In this document: one piece after another, positions 39,718 through 50,352 of the stretch
Layout: every line of letters begins with the position of its first letter
Position numbering within the stretch: the first letter of the stretch is position 1
Assembly: GCA_018303425.1 (NCBI GenBank)
Contig: JAGVYF010000003.1
Location: 5,150-69,149, forward strand
Direction: 5' to 3'
DNA length: 64,000 nt
Source: Candidatus Woesearchaeota archaeon
Lineage (GTDB): Archaea; Nanobdellota; Nanobdellia; Woesearchaeales; JAGVYF01
Position numbers and translations under genes: made by a program
The notes under the pieces: model-generated
The model's input: only the letters and a program-made list of their open reading frames with translations
What the model was told of the DNA's origin: nothing
Databases searched by the model: none

Positions 39718-41679
39718 ATGGTAGAAATTAATCTGGGCTATTATCATAGCATGGACAGAGAATATGAAATGTTAAATAATTTACAAAGTGAAAATAGAGC
39801 AAGTAAAAACATGTCTAAACCTTTATTAAGCATTGAAGAAATAGGTACAAGTGTTACTGAAGGGAAACCGGTACAAGGTCAAAGATTAAGGCAAACTGTA
39901 ACGGCTGCAATGGGCCGGGGAGTTAAAGAGATTGAGCTTTCTATGCAGGCAAGCAACGTGTTTGAAGGTCCTGGCAGTTACAGCCCGGAAGAACGTGAAG
40001 AATTAAGAGAAATGGCCCGCATAAATCAGGTAAGATTTACAAGTACTCATGTTAGTCCTGGAACAGTTGGAAATTTATCTGGCCTAGGACAAAGAGGATT
40101 TTCTGAACAGGAAAGACAAAGACAGCTGGGTGAAATTAGAGAAGCTATCCAGTTCGCAGGAGAAACAGCGCTAGGCGGAGCAATTGTTGTTCATACCGGA
40201 GAATTTCCAAGGTCTATCTCAAAAGCAGACAAAGACGGAACTCTTTTTTCAGAATTTGCAGGCGAAGAAGGAAAAAAAGAAAGGGTGCATCATCTTATTG
40301 ACAAAAAGACTGGACAAATAATCCAAACAGTGAGAGAAGACCAGGTGAACTACGATTTTTATTATGAAGGCTTAAATGGCGAAATGGTTACTGATGAAAA
40401 ACTTGCAAAAACAGAAACTATAGCTGGTGAAAAAGTTCCAAAATTGTATGTAAACGAGAAAGGCGAATATGAGTCATTTAAAAAAACTTGGAATTATTAC
40501 GAAAATCAAGCCCATAAAATACAAAAAGAAACAGGTAAAAATATTGACCCGGGTAAATTATTTTTTGATGAAACATTAAAAACTCAGATGCAAAAAGCTA
40601 ACAGCCAATCGCTCGATTACCAATCAAGATATTTTGAGGCCAAAGAAGGCGCAGACAAAGTAAAAGAGGAAATAAACAAAATTAAAGAATATATTAAAAC
40701 TTATCCTGCAAGTGAAGAATTAGAAAGAATAGAAGATCAGATTTCAAAAATCATTTTTATCCCTGAATCTGAAAAGGGCAACAAAGATTTAATTTTAAAA
40801 AGACTAGACCAGCAAATTAAAAATAATGAAAGAAAAGTAGAATCGTTTAAAGAAGCAACGATGTCAAGTCAAAGAAATATAAAAGAACTTGAAAGAGTGC
40901 AAGAAACAACTGACTCAATTAGCAATTATGCAAAAAATAAAAGTATAAACTCTCTAGCTAGTTTGGGGATAGATGCAATGAAAGAAACACAAAAAGCCGA
41001 AGCAAAATTTGGCAAAATCCAAAAAGTCCGAGACATTTTTATTGCGCCTGAAAATATATTCGCAGAAATGGGTCATGGCAGCCATCCTGATGAACTTATT
41101 GAACTTGTACAGGAATCAAGAAAAAGTATGGCTGAGCGATTACATAAAGAACAAAATATTGAAATGTCTGAAGCAGAAAAACTTGCAAACAGACACATTA
41201 AATCAACATTGGACACAGAACATTTAGGTATGTGGAAACGTTATTTTCAAAAAAAACCTGGCGAATCTGAAGAAAAATTTGATAAAAGATTCGAAAAGTG
41301 GTACCTTGAACAAATAAAAAAATTGGGTGAAGCTGATGTTATAGGTCATGTGCACATAGCTGATACTTTTGGTTACTCTCAGAGCCAATTGCCTGCTGGA
41401 CACGGGGCGATGCCTTTATATGACGCAATAAAATATCTAAAAGAAAAAGGATACAAAGGAACTTTTGAATCTGAAGGCTGGGGAGATCCAGTAAAACAAG
41501 AAACATCAGCATGGAGTTATTTTGGAAGCCCAATATACTCTATAAAATCATCCAAACCTGTGCAATTCGGCCAGGTTCATCAAGGTTATTTTGCCAGCAG
41601 ATCCCCTTATAGAAATGTAACTCCCCCATATTACCCCTCTGAAGATTGGCAACTATGGAGCGAAGTACCTTTAGATTAA
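39718..41679 (+). CDS. Xylose-isomerase-like TIM-barrel protein (sugar-phosphate isomerase/epimerase or AP-endonuclease-2 fold) interrupted by a ~330-aa charged coiled-coil insert
   Basis: N-terminal part GRGVKEIELSMQ...VRFTSTHV. C-terminal part DVIGHVHIADTFG...YLKEKGYKGTFESEGWGD. The middle is K/E-rich. G+C is higher than the neighbours by eye. Confidence 0.45.
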   Translation: MVEINLGYYHSMDREYEMLNNLQSENRASKNMSKPLLSIEEIGTSVTEGKPVQGQRLRQTVTAAMGRGVKEIELSMQASNVFEGPGSYSPEEREELREMARINQVRFTSTHVSPGTVGNLSGLGQRGFSEQERQRQLGEIREAIQFAGETALGGAIVVHTGEFPRSISKADKDGTLFSEFAGEEGKKERVHHLIDKKTGQIIQTVREDQVNYDFYYEGLNGEMVTDEKLAKTETIAGEKVPKLYVNEKGEYESFKKTWNYYENQAHKIQKETGKNIDPGKLFFDETLKTQMQKANSQSLDYQSRYFEAKEGADKVKEEINKIKEYIKTYPASEELERIEDQISKIIFIPESEKGNKDLILKRLDQQIKNNERKVESFKEATMSSQRNIKELERVQETTDSISNYAKNKSINSLASLGIDAMKETQKAEAKFGKIQKVRDIFIAPENIFAEMGHGSHPDELIELVQESRKSMAERLHKEQNIEMSEAEKLANRHIKSTLDTEHLGMWKRYFQKKPGESEEKFDKRFEKWYLEQIKKLGEADVIGHVHIADTFGYSQSQLPAGHGAMPLYDAIKYLKEKGYKGTFESEGWGDPVKQETSAWSYFGSPIYSIKSSKPVQFGQVHQGYFASRSPYRNVTPPYYPSEDWQLWSEVPLD

Positions 41680-41871
41680 ACAAAAATTATTCCGGCATTG
41701 CAAAAATCTTTCCCATTATTGAATGAACAATATGAGCATTATCATATCTGAGTTTACTCTTAGTATTCCAGTAAATAATATTTTTATCATTTAAACAACC
41801 CATATGAAAGAATTTCTGCAAAGCGGTATTGACCACAAATAATATAAATCAAACCTAAATTATAATCTAAA

Positions 41872-42495
41872 ATGGAAAAACTAGAAATTAAAAGTTGGAT
41901 AGATCTCGGATATTTACATACCCGGATAATTTTCGAAATAGTGGGCAAACCAAAAGAACATATAGAAGAAACGATTAAGAAATATGTTGAAACTATTACA
42001 AAAAGCACCACAATTAAAATGATTTCAAAAGAAATTGCAGAGGCAAAAGAACAGGAAATTCCAACAGAAACAGGCGGAGAGGAAAAAGAAAAAATATGGA
42101 GTACTTTTGCCGAAATAGAATTCCTTATTAAAGGTGTTTCAAACCTTGTAGGATTTTGCTTTGATTACATGCCCGCTTCAGTTGAAATCCTGGGTCCTGA
42201 TAAAATCATATTTAATCACCATACAATTACAGATTTTATTAATGATCTACAAGCGAAACTCCATAAGATGGATGCTGTATTAAAAAATCAAAATAACGAA
42301 AATATATTCCTAAAAAAGAACATGCAAACAACAATACTAAACCTTTTACTGGTTTCATTGCATAATAAAAAATTAAAAGAAGAAGAATTATCAAAACTTT
42401 GTGGAATCCCTGAAGAAGGTTTAAAACCATTCATTGAAATATTATTAAAAGACAATAAGATTAAAAAAGAAGAAGAGTATTATTATTTATCATAA
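41872..42495 (+). CDS. Hypothetical protein; by position possibly a divergent kleisin (ScpA-like)
   Basis: Lies immediately upstream of scpB. The C-terminus is winged-helix-like. No EGPLD motif is present. Confidence 0.3.
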   Translation: MEKLEIKSWIDLGYLHTRIIFEIVGKPKEHIEETIKKYVETITKSTTIKMISKEIAEAKEQEIPTETGGEEKEKIWSTFAEIEFLIKGVSNLVGFCFDYMPASVEILGPDKIIFNHHTITDFINDLQAKLHKMDAVLKNQNNENIFLKKNMQTTILNLLLVSLHNKKLKEEELSKLCGIPEEGLKPFIEILLKDNKIKKEEEYYYLS

Positions 42496-42496
42496 A

Positions 42497-43177
42497 ATGA
42501 CACAAACCCCTAAAAAAAAAGTGGAAGCAGTATTATTTACAATCGGCAAACACATATCTTTAAATGAAATCAAAAAATTGTCTGGAATTACTGAAGATAG
42601 CCTTCTTAACCAATACCTTAATGAGTTAAAGGAAGAATATGAAAAAAATGATTCATCGCTCCGTCTTATCCAAGATAACGAATTTTGGAAAATGGGAGTT
42701 AAAGAAGAATATTGCGATATCGTAGAAAATATTGTTAGCGATACAGAGCTAAGTAAAAGTGTAATGGAAACCCTAGGGGTTATAGCATGGAAACATCCCG
42801 CGCTCCAAGCTGATGTCGTACACATTAGAACAAATAAAGCATATGACGACATAAAAGAACTTGAAGAGTTAGGCTTTATTTCAAGAATTAAATCTGGAAG
42901 AACCAAAAAAATAAATTTAACGGAAAAATTCTTTAATTATTTTGATTTACCTACACATAAAAAAGAAAAAGAAGTTCTAAAAAATTTAGTCCCTGAAAAT
43001 ATTAAGGATAAAATAGATGAAACTGAGATTGAAATTCATGAAGGAGAAAAAGCGGTTGAAAATCATAAAATTAAGTCAGAACTGCAAAAACAAAAGCAGG
43101 AACAGCTTAAAACTTTTAATGATGCTGAAAAAGAGATTCATCTTGCAATTGAATCCATAAAAGAAGAACGAACCTAA
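42497..43177 (+). CDS. scpB: Segregation and condensation protein B
   Basis: N-terminal EAVLFTIGKHISLNEIKKL and a second wHTH LGVIAWKHPALQADVVHIR, the tandem-winged-helix ScpB pattern. Confidence 0.6.
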   Translation: MTQTPKKKVEAVLFTIGKHISLNEIKKLSGITEDSLLNQYLNELKEEYEKNDSSLRLIQDNEFWKMGVKEEYCDIVENIVSDTELSKSVMETLGVIAWKHPALQADVVHIRTNKAYDDIKELEELGFISRIKSGRTKKINLTEKFFNYFDLPTHKKEKEVLKNLVPENIKDKIDETEIEIHEGEKAVENHKIKSELQKQKQEQLKTFNDAEKEIHLAIESIKEERT

Positions 43178-43294
43178 TAATTGATATTTCTAAATTTAGG
43201 GGTTATAGACGCTATAACCCCTAAATTTAACACCAAAAGGCTTATAAATAATGCAATTTTCTAATTTAATAAACATTAAAATTATAGGTATAAA

Positions 43295-45985
43295 ATGGAA
43301 GAAGAAATTGCAGTGCAAAATCATGCAGAAACAGGAAATGTTGTTCTCAAATTAATTGAAAATGAAATGAAAAAATCTTATCTAGATTATGCCATGTCTG
43401 TTATTGTAAGCAGGGCTCTACCGGATGTGAGAGATGGTTTAAAACCGGTGCATAGAAGAGTTCTTTTTGCAATGAACGAAATGGGAATGTTCCACAACAA
43501 GCCTTATAAAAAATCGGCAAGAATTGTGGGAGAATGCCTTGGTAAATATCACCCTCACGGGGATTCAGCAGTTTATGATACAATGGTAAGAATGGCCCAA
43601 CCATGGTCATTAAGATATATTTTAATTGATGGGCAGGGCAACTTCGGAAGTGTTGATGGTGATAATGCCGCTGCAATGAGATATACAGAAGCAAGGTTAA
43701 AATCGATTGCAGAGCAATTATTAAGCGATATTAAAAAAGAAACAGTAGATTTTCAACCTAATTTTGACGGTTCATTAAAAGAGCCAACTGTTCTGCCTTC
43801 GAGAGTCCCAAATTTACTTGTTAATGGAACAAGCGGAATTGCAGTAGGAATGGCTACAAACATGCCTCCCCATAACATTGTAGAAGTTATTGATGGCATT
43901 ATACATTACATTGAAAACCCCGAAGCTTCTGTATACGATATAATGCATTATATTAAAGGTCCAGATTTCCCGACAGGAGGAACCATTTTAGGAAACGCAG
44001 GTATAAAGCAAGCATATTTAACTGGCCGTGGAAAATTAATAATAAGAGCAAAAGCTGAAGAAGAAGAAAAAAAAAGTAGGAAAAATATCATTATTACGGA
44101 ATTACCTTACCAGGTAAACAAGAGCGCTTTAATTGAGCAAATTGCGGATCTAATAAGAGATAAACACGTGCAAGGCATTGCCGATCTAAAAGATGAATCC
44201 GATAGAGAAGGAATGAGAATTGTTATAACCCTAAAAAAAGATGCAAATTCAGAAATTGTTTTAAATCAGCTTTACAAACATAGCAGACTGCAAGTTACTT
44301 TTGGTGTTAATTCATTGGCGCTTGTAGATCAACAGCCAAAAACATTAAACCTGATACAAATAATCAATCATTTTATTAATCACCGTATTGAAGTTGTCAC
44401 AAGAAGAACACAATATGATTTAATAAAATCAGAAGAAAAAAGTCACATCCTCGAGGGATTAGTAATAGCATTAGAAAATATTGATTCTGTTATAACATTA
44501 ATCAAAGCTGCAAAATCTGCAATTGAAGCAAAGATAGATTTAACTGAAAAATATAATTTAACTGAAAAACAATCTCAAGCTATTCTTGATATGAGGTTGC
44601 AGAGACTTACAAATCTTGAACAAGACAAAATCAGATATGAACACAAAGAAACAATGTTATTGATCAGTGAATTAAAATCAATTTTAGATTCTAAGATTAA
44701 ATTAATGGATATTATTAAATTTGAACTTAAAGAGATAAAAGAAAAATTCAAGGACGAAAGAAGAACAAAAATCAACGAAGGCGGAGACCTTGAAATTGAT
44801 AACGAAGACCTAATTGAAGAAGAAAAAGTCGTTGTAACTATAACCCATAAAGGATATATCAAAAGACAAAGTATGGATTCATATAAAACCCAAAACCGCG
44901 GCGGGAAAGGAATAATTGGTACAAGCACAACGGAAGAAGATTTTGTAGAGAATTTATTTGTAGCGTCAACACATTCGCATATGCTCCTATTCACGGATAA
45001 AGGCCAGTTGCACTGGTTAAAAGTGTATATGATACCCGATGGATCAAGAACATCAAAAGGCAAGGCTTTGATCAACTTAATCAGGTTAGATGCAGATGAA
45101 CGTATTACTGCAATGATTCCAGTCAAGGAGTTTAACCGCGATAGTTATTTAGTCATGATAACAAAAGATGGCACTATCAAAAGATGTTTATTAAACTTAT
45201 TTAATAGACCGCGCAATGGCGGGATAAGGGCCATTTCATTAGATGCAAATAATCAACTTGTTAATGTTTTAATGACTTCCGGAAATAATGAGGTTATGAT
45301 TGCTACAAAGAATGGAATGGCAGTAAAATTTAACGAAAAGGACGCAAGATCAATTGGAAGAAATGCCCGCGGAGTAAAGGGAATTACTCTTAAAAAAAAT
45401 GATCAAGTAATTGACGCAATAATTTGTGAAAATAATGAAACGATATTAACAGTCACTGAAAAAGGTTATGGAAAAAGAACTCCGGTTTCAGACTACAGAA
45501 TAGTTAGAAGAGGGGGAATTGGAGTAATTAACATAAAATGTACTGAAAAAAACGGCAAAGTTGTTGCAACTAAATGCGTTAAAGATAAAGATGAAATTAT
45601 GATGATTTCTCAAAGCGGAATCATGATAAGAATAAATGCTAAACATGTTCCAAATATTGGAAGAAATACTCAAGGAGTAAGGCTAATGCGATTAAATCAA
45701 GGTGATGCAGTAAGAGCTATTGCAAAAATAATTCCAGAAGACAATCCTGAATCTGAAATAATTCAAAATAAAGATCCAATTCAATCATCAAACATGCCCC
45801 CTACCAATGAGGATATCATGCCAATAAAAGAATCTGAATTTAAAAAAGAAGCAGTTCCAGAACAGATGCCAGCAGAACCAAAAAATAACTCTGAAATGCC
45901 GAATTATAACCCTAAGCCCAATCCTGAAAATGTCCCTACATTGGAAGAATTAAAAAAACGTCAAATGATGAAGGCCAGATATTAA
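43295..45985 (+). CDS. gyrA: DNA gyrase subunit A
   Basis: [11 protein letters not shown] active-site region with the Tyr. GyrA-box region. C-terminal beta-pinwheel repeats. Pro/Glu-rich C-terminal tail. Confidence 0.9.
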   Translation: MEEEIAVQNHAETGNVVLKLIENEMKKSYLDYAMSVIVSRALPDVRDGLKPVHRRVLFAMNEMGMFHNKPYKKSARIVGECLGKYHPHGDSAVYDTMVRMAQPWSLRYILIDGQGNFGSVDGDNAAAMRYTEARLKSIAEQLLSDIKKETVDFQPNFDGSLKEPTVLPSRVPNLLVNGTSGIAVGMATNMPPHNIVEVIDGIIHYIENPEASVYDIMHYIKGPDFPTGGTILGNAGIKQAYLTGRGKLIIRAKAEEEEKKSRKNIIITELPYQVNKSALIEQIADLIRDKHVQGIADLKDESDREGMRIVITLKKDANSEIVLNQLYKHSRLQVTFGVNSLALVDQQPKTLNLIQIINHFINHRIEVVTRRTQYDLIKSEEKSHILEGLVIALENIDSVITLIKAAKSAIEAKIDLTEKYNLTEKQSQAILDMRLQRLTNLEQDKIRYEHKETMLLISELKSILDSKIKLMDIIKFELKEIKEKFKDERRTKINEGGDLEIDNEDLIEEEKVVVTITHKGYIKRQSMDSYKTQNRGGKGIIGTSTTEEDFVENLFVASTHSHMLLFTDKGQLHWLKVYMIPDGSRTSKGKALINLIRLDADERITAMIPVKEFNRDSYLVMITKDGTIKRCLLNLFNRPRNGGIRAISLDANNQLVNVLMTSGNNEVMIATKNGMAVKFNEKDARSIGRNARGVKGITLKKNDQVIDAIICENNETILTVTEKGYGKRTPVSDYRIVRRGGIGVINIKCTEKNGKVVATKCVKDKDEIMMISQSGIMIRINAKHVPNIGRNTQGVRLMRLNQGDAVRAIAKIIPEDNPESEIIQNKDPIQSSNMPPTNEDIMPIKESEFKKEAVPEQMPAEPKNNSEMPNYNPKPNPENVPTLEELKKRQMMKARY

Positions 45986-45986
45986 T

Positions 45987-47126
45987 ATGAAAATTATAGC
46001 CTTATGTTTTCCTGGAACAGAAGATATCTGCGCAACTGAAATAAGAGAACTATGCGGTGTTGATTCTTCACAACATGAAAGCGCCGTAATTTTTGAGTTA
46101 AACGAGGCTAAAGTTTTAAATTATTGTTACATGTCGCAGACTCCAACAAAAGTGCTTGGTTTTTTAGGTATGCTAAAATTTAATTCACTTGAAGAAATAT
46201 TAGATTATGTTAAAAAAATTAAACTGATAGGCTGGACAAATAAAAATACAACTTTCAAAGTTAAATGTACTCGTTCCGGAGAACATAAATTTTCAAGTGA
46301 AACTATTATGCAGGAAGTTGGTGAAATATTCTATGAAAAGGACCAGTTAAAAGTTGACCTTGATAATCCAGAAATTTTAATATATGTTTATATCCATGAT
46401 AATAATTGTTATATAGGGATTGATTTAACTCTGTTAGACCTTTCAAAACGTGATTATAAAATGTTTTCATCTGCTGAAACCATAAAAGGTCCAATTGCAT
46501 ATAGCATGGTCAGAATTGCGGATTATAATGAGAAAGATGTATTATTAAACCCTGCTACAGGTTCAGGCGCAATTGAAATTGAAGCCGCATTATTTATGCT
46601 GCAAAAATCGGTCAACTTTTACAGAAAAAATAAATTCTGCTTTGAGCGTTTACTTCCTTTCAAAGAAACGTTTTACGAGGGCTATTTTGATGAACTGGAT
46701 AACATAAAAACCTGTAAACTTAAAATTTACGGATATGCCAGTCTGCTTTCTCATGTGAAATATGCCCAAAAAAATGCAAAAATTGCAGGTGTAGATAAGG
46801 ATATACATAATACAAAAATTGATATTGAATGGCTTGACACAAAGTTTGAAAAACAAACAGTAAACAAATTAGTAACATACCTGCCTTGTCCTTCTAAACG
46901 CAGATCTGAACATGAAATAATAAAAATATATAAAGAACTTTTTTATCAAATAGAATATATTTTAAATCAAAATGGTTTATTTGTTGCATTGACGCAAAAA
47001 AATGAGCTTCTTAAAAAAATGGCTGAAGAAAACAAACTCCGGATGATTCATGAAAGAATAATTATGCAGGGCAAAACTAAATTCTGGCTAAATGTATTTG
47101 AAAAACAGGCTTCATCCAAAAAATAA
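45987..47126 (+). CDS. THUMP-domain RNA methyltransferase (Trm14/TrmN-like tRNA m2G methyltransferase)
   Basis: The N-terminal THUMP region is followed by the class I methyltransferase motif LLNPATGSGAIEIEAA. Confidence 0.55.
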   Translation: MKIIALCFPGTEDICATEIRELCGVDSSQHESAVIFELNEAKVLNYCYMSQTPTKVLGFLGMLKFNSLEEILDYVKKIKLIGWTNKNTTFKVKCTRSGEHKFSSETIMQEVGEIFYEKDQLKVDLDNPEILIYVYIHDNNCYIGIDLTLLDLSKRDYKMFSSAETIKGPIAYSMVRIADYNEKDVLLNPATGSGAIEIEAALFMLQKSVNFYRKNKFCFERLLPFKETFYEGYFDELDNIKTCKLKIYGYASLLSHVKYAQKNAKIAGVDKDIHNTKIDIEWLDTKFEKQTVNKLVTYLPCPSKRRSEHEIIKIYKELFYQIEYILNQNGLFVALTQKNELLKKMAEENKLRMIHERIIMQGKTKFWLNVFEKQASSKK

Positions 47127-47233
47127 AAATTACACTGGAAACAGAACTCCGAAATATTTTTAATTTTTATGGTTAAAATCAAGAATCACTGGTAAAAACT
47201 AGCGGCATGACTGGACATTGGCAACGCTAAAAC

Positions 47234-48236
47234 TGTGTTATCCCTCAAATATTTCGCACTTGTTTAAAGTATGATAAAGCTGTTGCTTTATCCATGAAAT
47301 TAATAATTAAAAAACAGGTGCGTATAGTGAAAAGAAAACAAAATAGATTGTCATCAGCTTTAATCGCTAAGCAGTTTAATATTTCAAAACGCAGAGTGGA
47401 GCAAGTTTGGAGCTATTTCTGTAAAAATACCGCATATCTCCCGATACAAAAGCCAGGAAGGAAGCCTTATAGGAAGGAAATCCCTAATCTAAAAGATAGG
47501 ATACTTAGAATCCATAAGAAGCATAATTTTGGTGCTACTTATATTGCGAAATTTTTACGAGATAAACTTAAAATACCAATCTCAAATAATTATATTCATC
47601 AAATATTGCTTGATGGGGGATTAGCAATGCCAAATAAATGCAAACAAAAACGTAGAAAACCTTGGGTTAGGTATGAAAGGAGACATAGCTTGTCTGCGGT
47701 ACATATGGATTGGCATTATAGCTCTAAATTGAATAAATGGATGTGTGCAGTATTAGATGATGCTTCAAGAAAAATTATATCTGGTGGGGAGTATGATAAC
47801 GCATATGCAAGTCATTGTATAGATATGCTTGAAAAAGCATATGAGAAAAATAAACAGATAATTGGCATTAGGGAAGTGATTACCGATCATGGATCTCAAT
47901 TTTTTGCAAATAAAAAGAAAAACGATGGAGACCAATCTGAAAGTAAATTCCAGGAATACTGCAAGAATAAAGGAATTAATCATATTTTCTGTAAGTATCA
48001 TCATCCACAGACAAATGGGAAATTTGAAAAATGGAATCATACCTATGAACTACATAGATATAGGTTTAATTTTTTTGAAGAATTTGTCGATTGGTATAAC
48101 AATCGACCTCACGGAAGCCTTAATTTTATGACTCCGGAACAAGCGTTCTGGTTCAAAGCACAAGATATTATTTTAGGGTGGTTTTTTAAATGGGCAGAAC
48201 TAAATTAAAGATGCGAAATAATTACGAGATAACACA
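47234..48236 (+). mobile_element. Insertion sequence (IS481-like), ~1.0 kb, imperfect ~25-bp terminal IRs (TGTGTTATCC...TTTCGCA), 9-bp TSD ACGCTAAAA
   Basis: Left end TGTGTTATCCCTCAAATATTTCGCA. Right end (reverse complement) TGTGTTATCTCGTAATTATTTCGCA. Direct repeats ACGCTAAAA at 47224..47232 and 48237..48245. Confidence 0.7.
47294..48208 (+). CDS. Transposase, rve (DDE integrase-core) family with N-terminal HTH
   Basis: VHMDWHY, ITDHGSQF and HPQTNGKFEKWN form the DDE triad context. Confidence 0.75.
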   Translation: MKLIIKKQVRIVKRKQNRLSSALIAKQFNISKRRVEQVWSYFCKNTAYLPIQKPGRKPYRKEIPNLKDRILRIHKKHNFGATYIAKFLRDKLKIPISNNYIHQILLDGGLAMPNKCKQKRRKPWVRYERRHSLSAVHMDWHYSSKLNKWMCAVLDDASRKIISGGEYDNAYASHCIDMLEKAYEKNKQIIGIREVITDHGSQFFANKKKNDGDQSESKFQEYCKNKGINHIFCKYHHPQTNGKFEKWNHTYELHRYRFNFFEEFVDWYNNRPHGSLNFMTPEQAFWFKAQDIILGWFFKWAELN

Positions 48237-48258
48237 ACGCTAAAAAAAAACAGCAACC

Positions 48259-48268
48259 TTTATAAATA
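48259..48268 (+). promoter_or_regulatory. TATA box (TTTATAAATA) about 25 nt upstream of RNase P RNA
   Basis: Archaeal promoter spacing. It lies just after the IS right-hand TSD. Confidence 0.35.
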
Positions 48269-48287
48269 ATCCGAAAAGCATAAACCC

Positions 48288-48653
48288 TGAAGTAGAAAGT
48301 TACTTAACCAACGGTAAACTATGAAAATTCAAGTGTTAAATCACTGAATTTTAAAGTTCACTGAGGAAAGTCCGTCCACCCCATATTTTATATGGAAGTA
48401 ATTGCTCATGAAAATGAGGCGGAGCAATCTGCGGCTCTGGGTAAGAAACACACGGCCATTAAGAATAGGAATGATGTGCGCGAAGCATTGGGTGACCGAT
48501 GTTAGTTAACCCACAGACGACCTTAATGGAAACGATGAAATCCGAACCCCTTTTGGTGCAAGTCATGTTGACGCTTAGTTGAATGTTAAGACAGTCTGTT
48601 CGACACTTTGTAACGAAGACTGACAAAAGACGGCTTATTACTCTCTACTTCAA
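48288..48653 (+). ncRNA. rnpB: RNase P RNA (archaeal)
   Basis: CR-I GAGGAAAGTCCG and CR-V ACAAAAGACGGCTTA are present. P4 forms as AAG-U-CCG with CGGCTT. P1 pairs TGAAGTAGAAAGT with ACTCTCTACTTCA (13 bp, 1 mismatch). Oligo-T terminator follows. Confidence 0.7.
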
Positions 48654-48699
48654 TTTTTACCCAAACTTTTAAAAATAGCAATATATTCTTATAATTAAC

Positions 48700-48873
48700 A
48701 TGACACAAGATAAAATTTCAATGCCTTCATCACAAAGCGGTTTAGTGCGTTATTATGAAGAATACAAGTCAAAAATTTTATTCAAACCTGAACACATTAT
48801 TCTTATTGCTGTTATCATAATAACTATAGAAATATTGCTTCATACATATGGCAATTCATTTTTGGGGTTATAA
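48700..48873 (+). CDS. Preprotein translocase subunit Sec61-beta (SecG archaeal type)
   Basis: 57 aa, not in the ORF track. SGLVRYYEE is followed by a single C-terminal TM helix IILIAVIIITIEILLH. Confidence 0.6.
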   Translation: MTQDKISMPSSQSGLVRYYEEYKSKILFKPEHIILIAVIIITIEILLHTYGNSFLGL

Positions 48874-48878
48874 ACAAT

Positions 48879-49217
48879 ATGTTTCCAGGCATGAATCCAC
48901 GAAAAATGCAGCAGATGATGAAACAGTTAGGTGTTAAACAAGAAGAAATCTCTGCTGAAGAAGTAATAATTAAAACTAAAAATAAAGAGCTTGTTTTTTC
49001 AAATCCGCAAGTGACAAAAGTTAATATGATGGGACAAGATACTTTCCAGTTAGTAGGAAACTTTATTGAAAGACAAATTTCGAGTATTCCTCAAATTGAC
49101 GAAGATGATATAAATACTGTTGCTGAACAAGCAAATGTTTCAACTGAAAAAGCAAAAGAGTCACTTAAAAAACATAAAGGAGACATTGCAGCGGCAATTC
49201 TAGACTTCCATGAATAA
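48879..49217 (+). CDS. nac: Nascent polypeptide-associated complex protein (NAC alpha with UBA domain)
   Basis: The NAC-domain beta core IIKTKNKELVFSNPQVTKV is followed by a C-terminal UBA-like helix bundle. Confidence 0.75.
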   Translation: MFPGMNPRKMQQMMKQLGVKQEEISAEEVIIKTKNKELVFSNPQVTKVNMMGQDTFQLVGNFIERQISSIPQIDEDDINTVAEQANVSTEKAKESLKKHKGDIAAAILDFHE

Positions 49218-49400
49218 TTTTGAAAAAAATAGATTAAGAATTAATTATTTCTAAACTAAAAATTAAGTTAATTAAACCAAATAAACATTACTTTTTAAAT
49301 TTAAGCATAACAACTTTGACATTAACAACCAATAAAAAGAACCCTTATATAACTCTACAATAATAATATTTAAAAACCTATATAACATATATATTATAGA

Positions 49401-49886
49401 ATGAGTGTTTATGATAAATATCTTCGAGAAGCTTCTAGGACATTTAAAATTGCAGACCACATGGTTTCGGTTACTTACCCGTTGGTAAAGGACACCAAAC
49501 TATTACTGGCAGTTCTAGAAAATTTAAATTTAACCCTAAAAAACTCAATTGCCGCCCTAGTCTATTATGATAGACACTACAAACGTTTACCCCCATTCCA
49601 AGACTCGTTCGAATCGCAATTTAATGTATTCAGAGCTAAAAGTGTTGAAAGGTATAAAATTGACAAATCATATATAACACTAATCCAAAATATTGAATCG
49701 CTAATCAAGGATCATAAAGCAAGTCCAATGGAATTTATCCGAAAAGACAAATTTGTTATTTGTTCAGATAACTATAACATTAAAACATTTTCACTCGAAA
49801 ATATCCGTGAATATGTCTCAAAAATAAAAGAATTTAAGGATAAAATATGTTTAATAATAAAAGAAAATGAAAGAATCTCTCCGTGA
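49401..49886 (+). CDS. Hypothetical protein, paralogue A of a tandem 161-aa pair
   Basis: LREASRTFKIADHMVSVTYPLVKD aligns with LRDALEEIKRVDHLIYVSLKY of the next ORF. Confidence 0.4.
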   Translation: MSVYDKYLREASRTFKIADHMVSVTYPLVKDTKLLLAVLENLNLTLKNSIAALVYYDRHYKRLPPFQDSFESQFNVFRAKSVERYKIDKSYITLIQNIESLIKDHKASPMEFIRKDKFVICSDNYNIKTFSLENIREYVSKIKEFKDKICLIIKENERISP

Positions 49887-50352
49887 TGCATTAGAAGAAA
49901 TAAAAAGAGTCGACCATTTGATTTATGTTAGTTTAAAATATACCCGAACGGTTGATGTAATAAAAAGCATTGTACAAAGAATGGTTGATGCAATGGATTT
50001 TCTAATAATGGCTAATCTTTTAACTGAAAAAGAATCCACCGCCGAAATTTTCCCGCAACATGCATCTGAAAGAGCAAGGTTACTAAAGTCTAACTTCCCG
50101 CAAAATAACCAATTACAAGATTATTTGGAATTTTATTTGTTGCTTAGAAAAGTATTAAGAGCAAAATATACTGCTTCACAAGAATTTAGAAGACATGTTA
50201 CAATGTCAGTAAATTTCACTGATGCAGATGAAAATTTAGATATAAATATTGATTTAATCTATGAATATTACGAAAAATTAAAAAACTTCTTTGATTATAC
50301 ATATCAATTAGTTGAAAATGCAGAAAAAACAAACGGCAAAGAAACGCCATAA
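49867..50352 (+). CDS. Hypothetical protein, paralogue B of the tandem pair
   Basis: Overlaps paralogue A by 20 nt and the downstream membrane ORF by 41 nt. Confidence 0.4.
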   Translation: MKESLRDALEEIKRVDHLIYVSLKYTRTVDVIKSIVQRMVDAMDFLIMANLLTEKESTAEIFPQHASERARLLKSNFPQNNQLQDYLEFYLLLRKVLRAKYTASQEFRRHVTMSVNFTDADENLDINIDLIYEYYEKLKNFFDYTYQLVENAEKTNGKETP

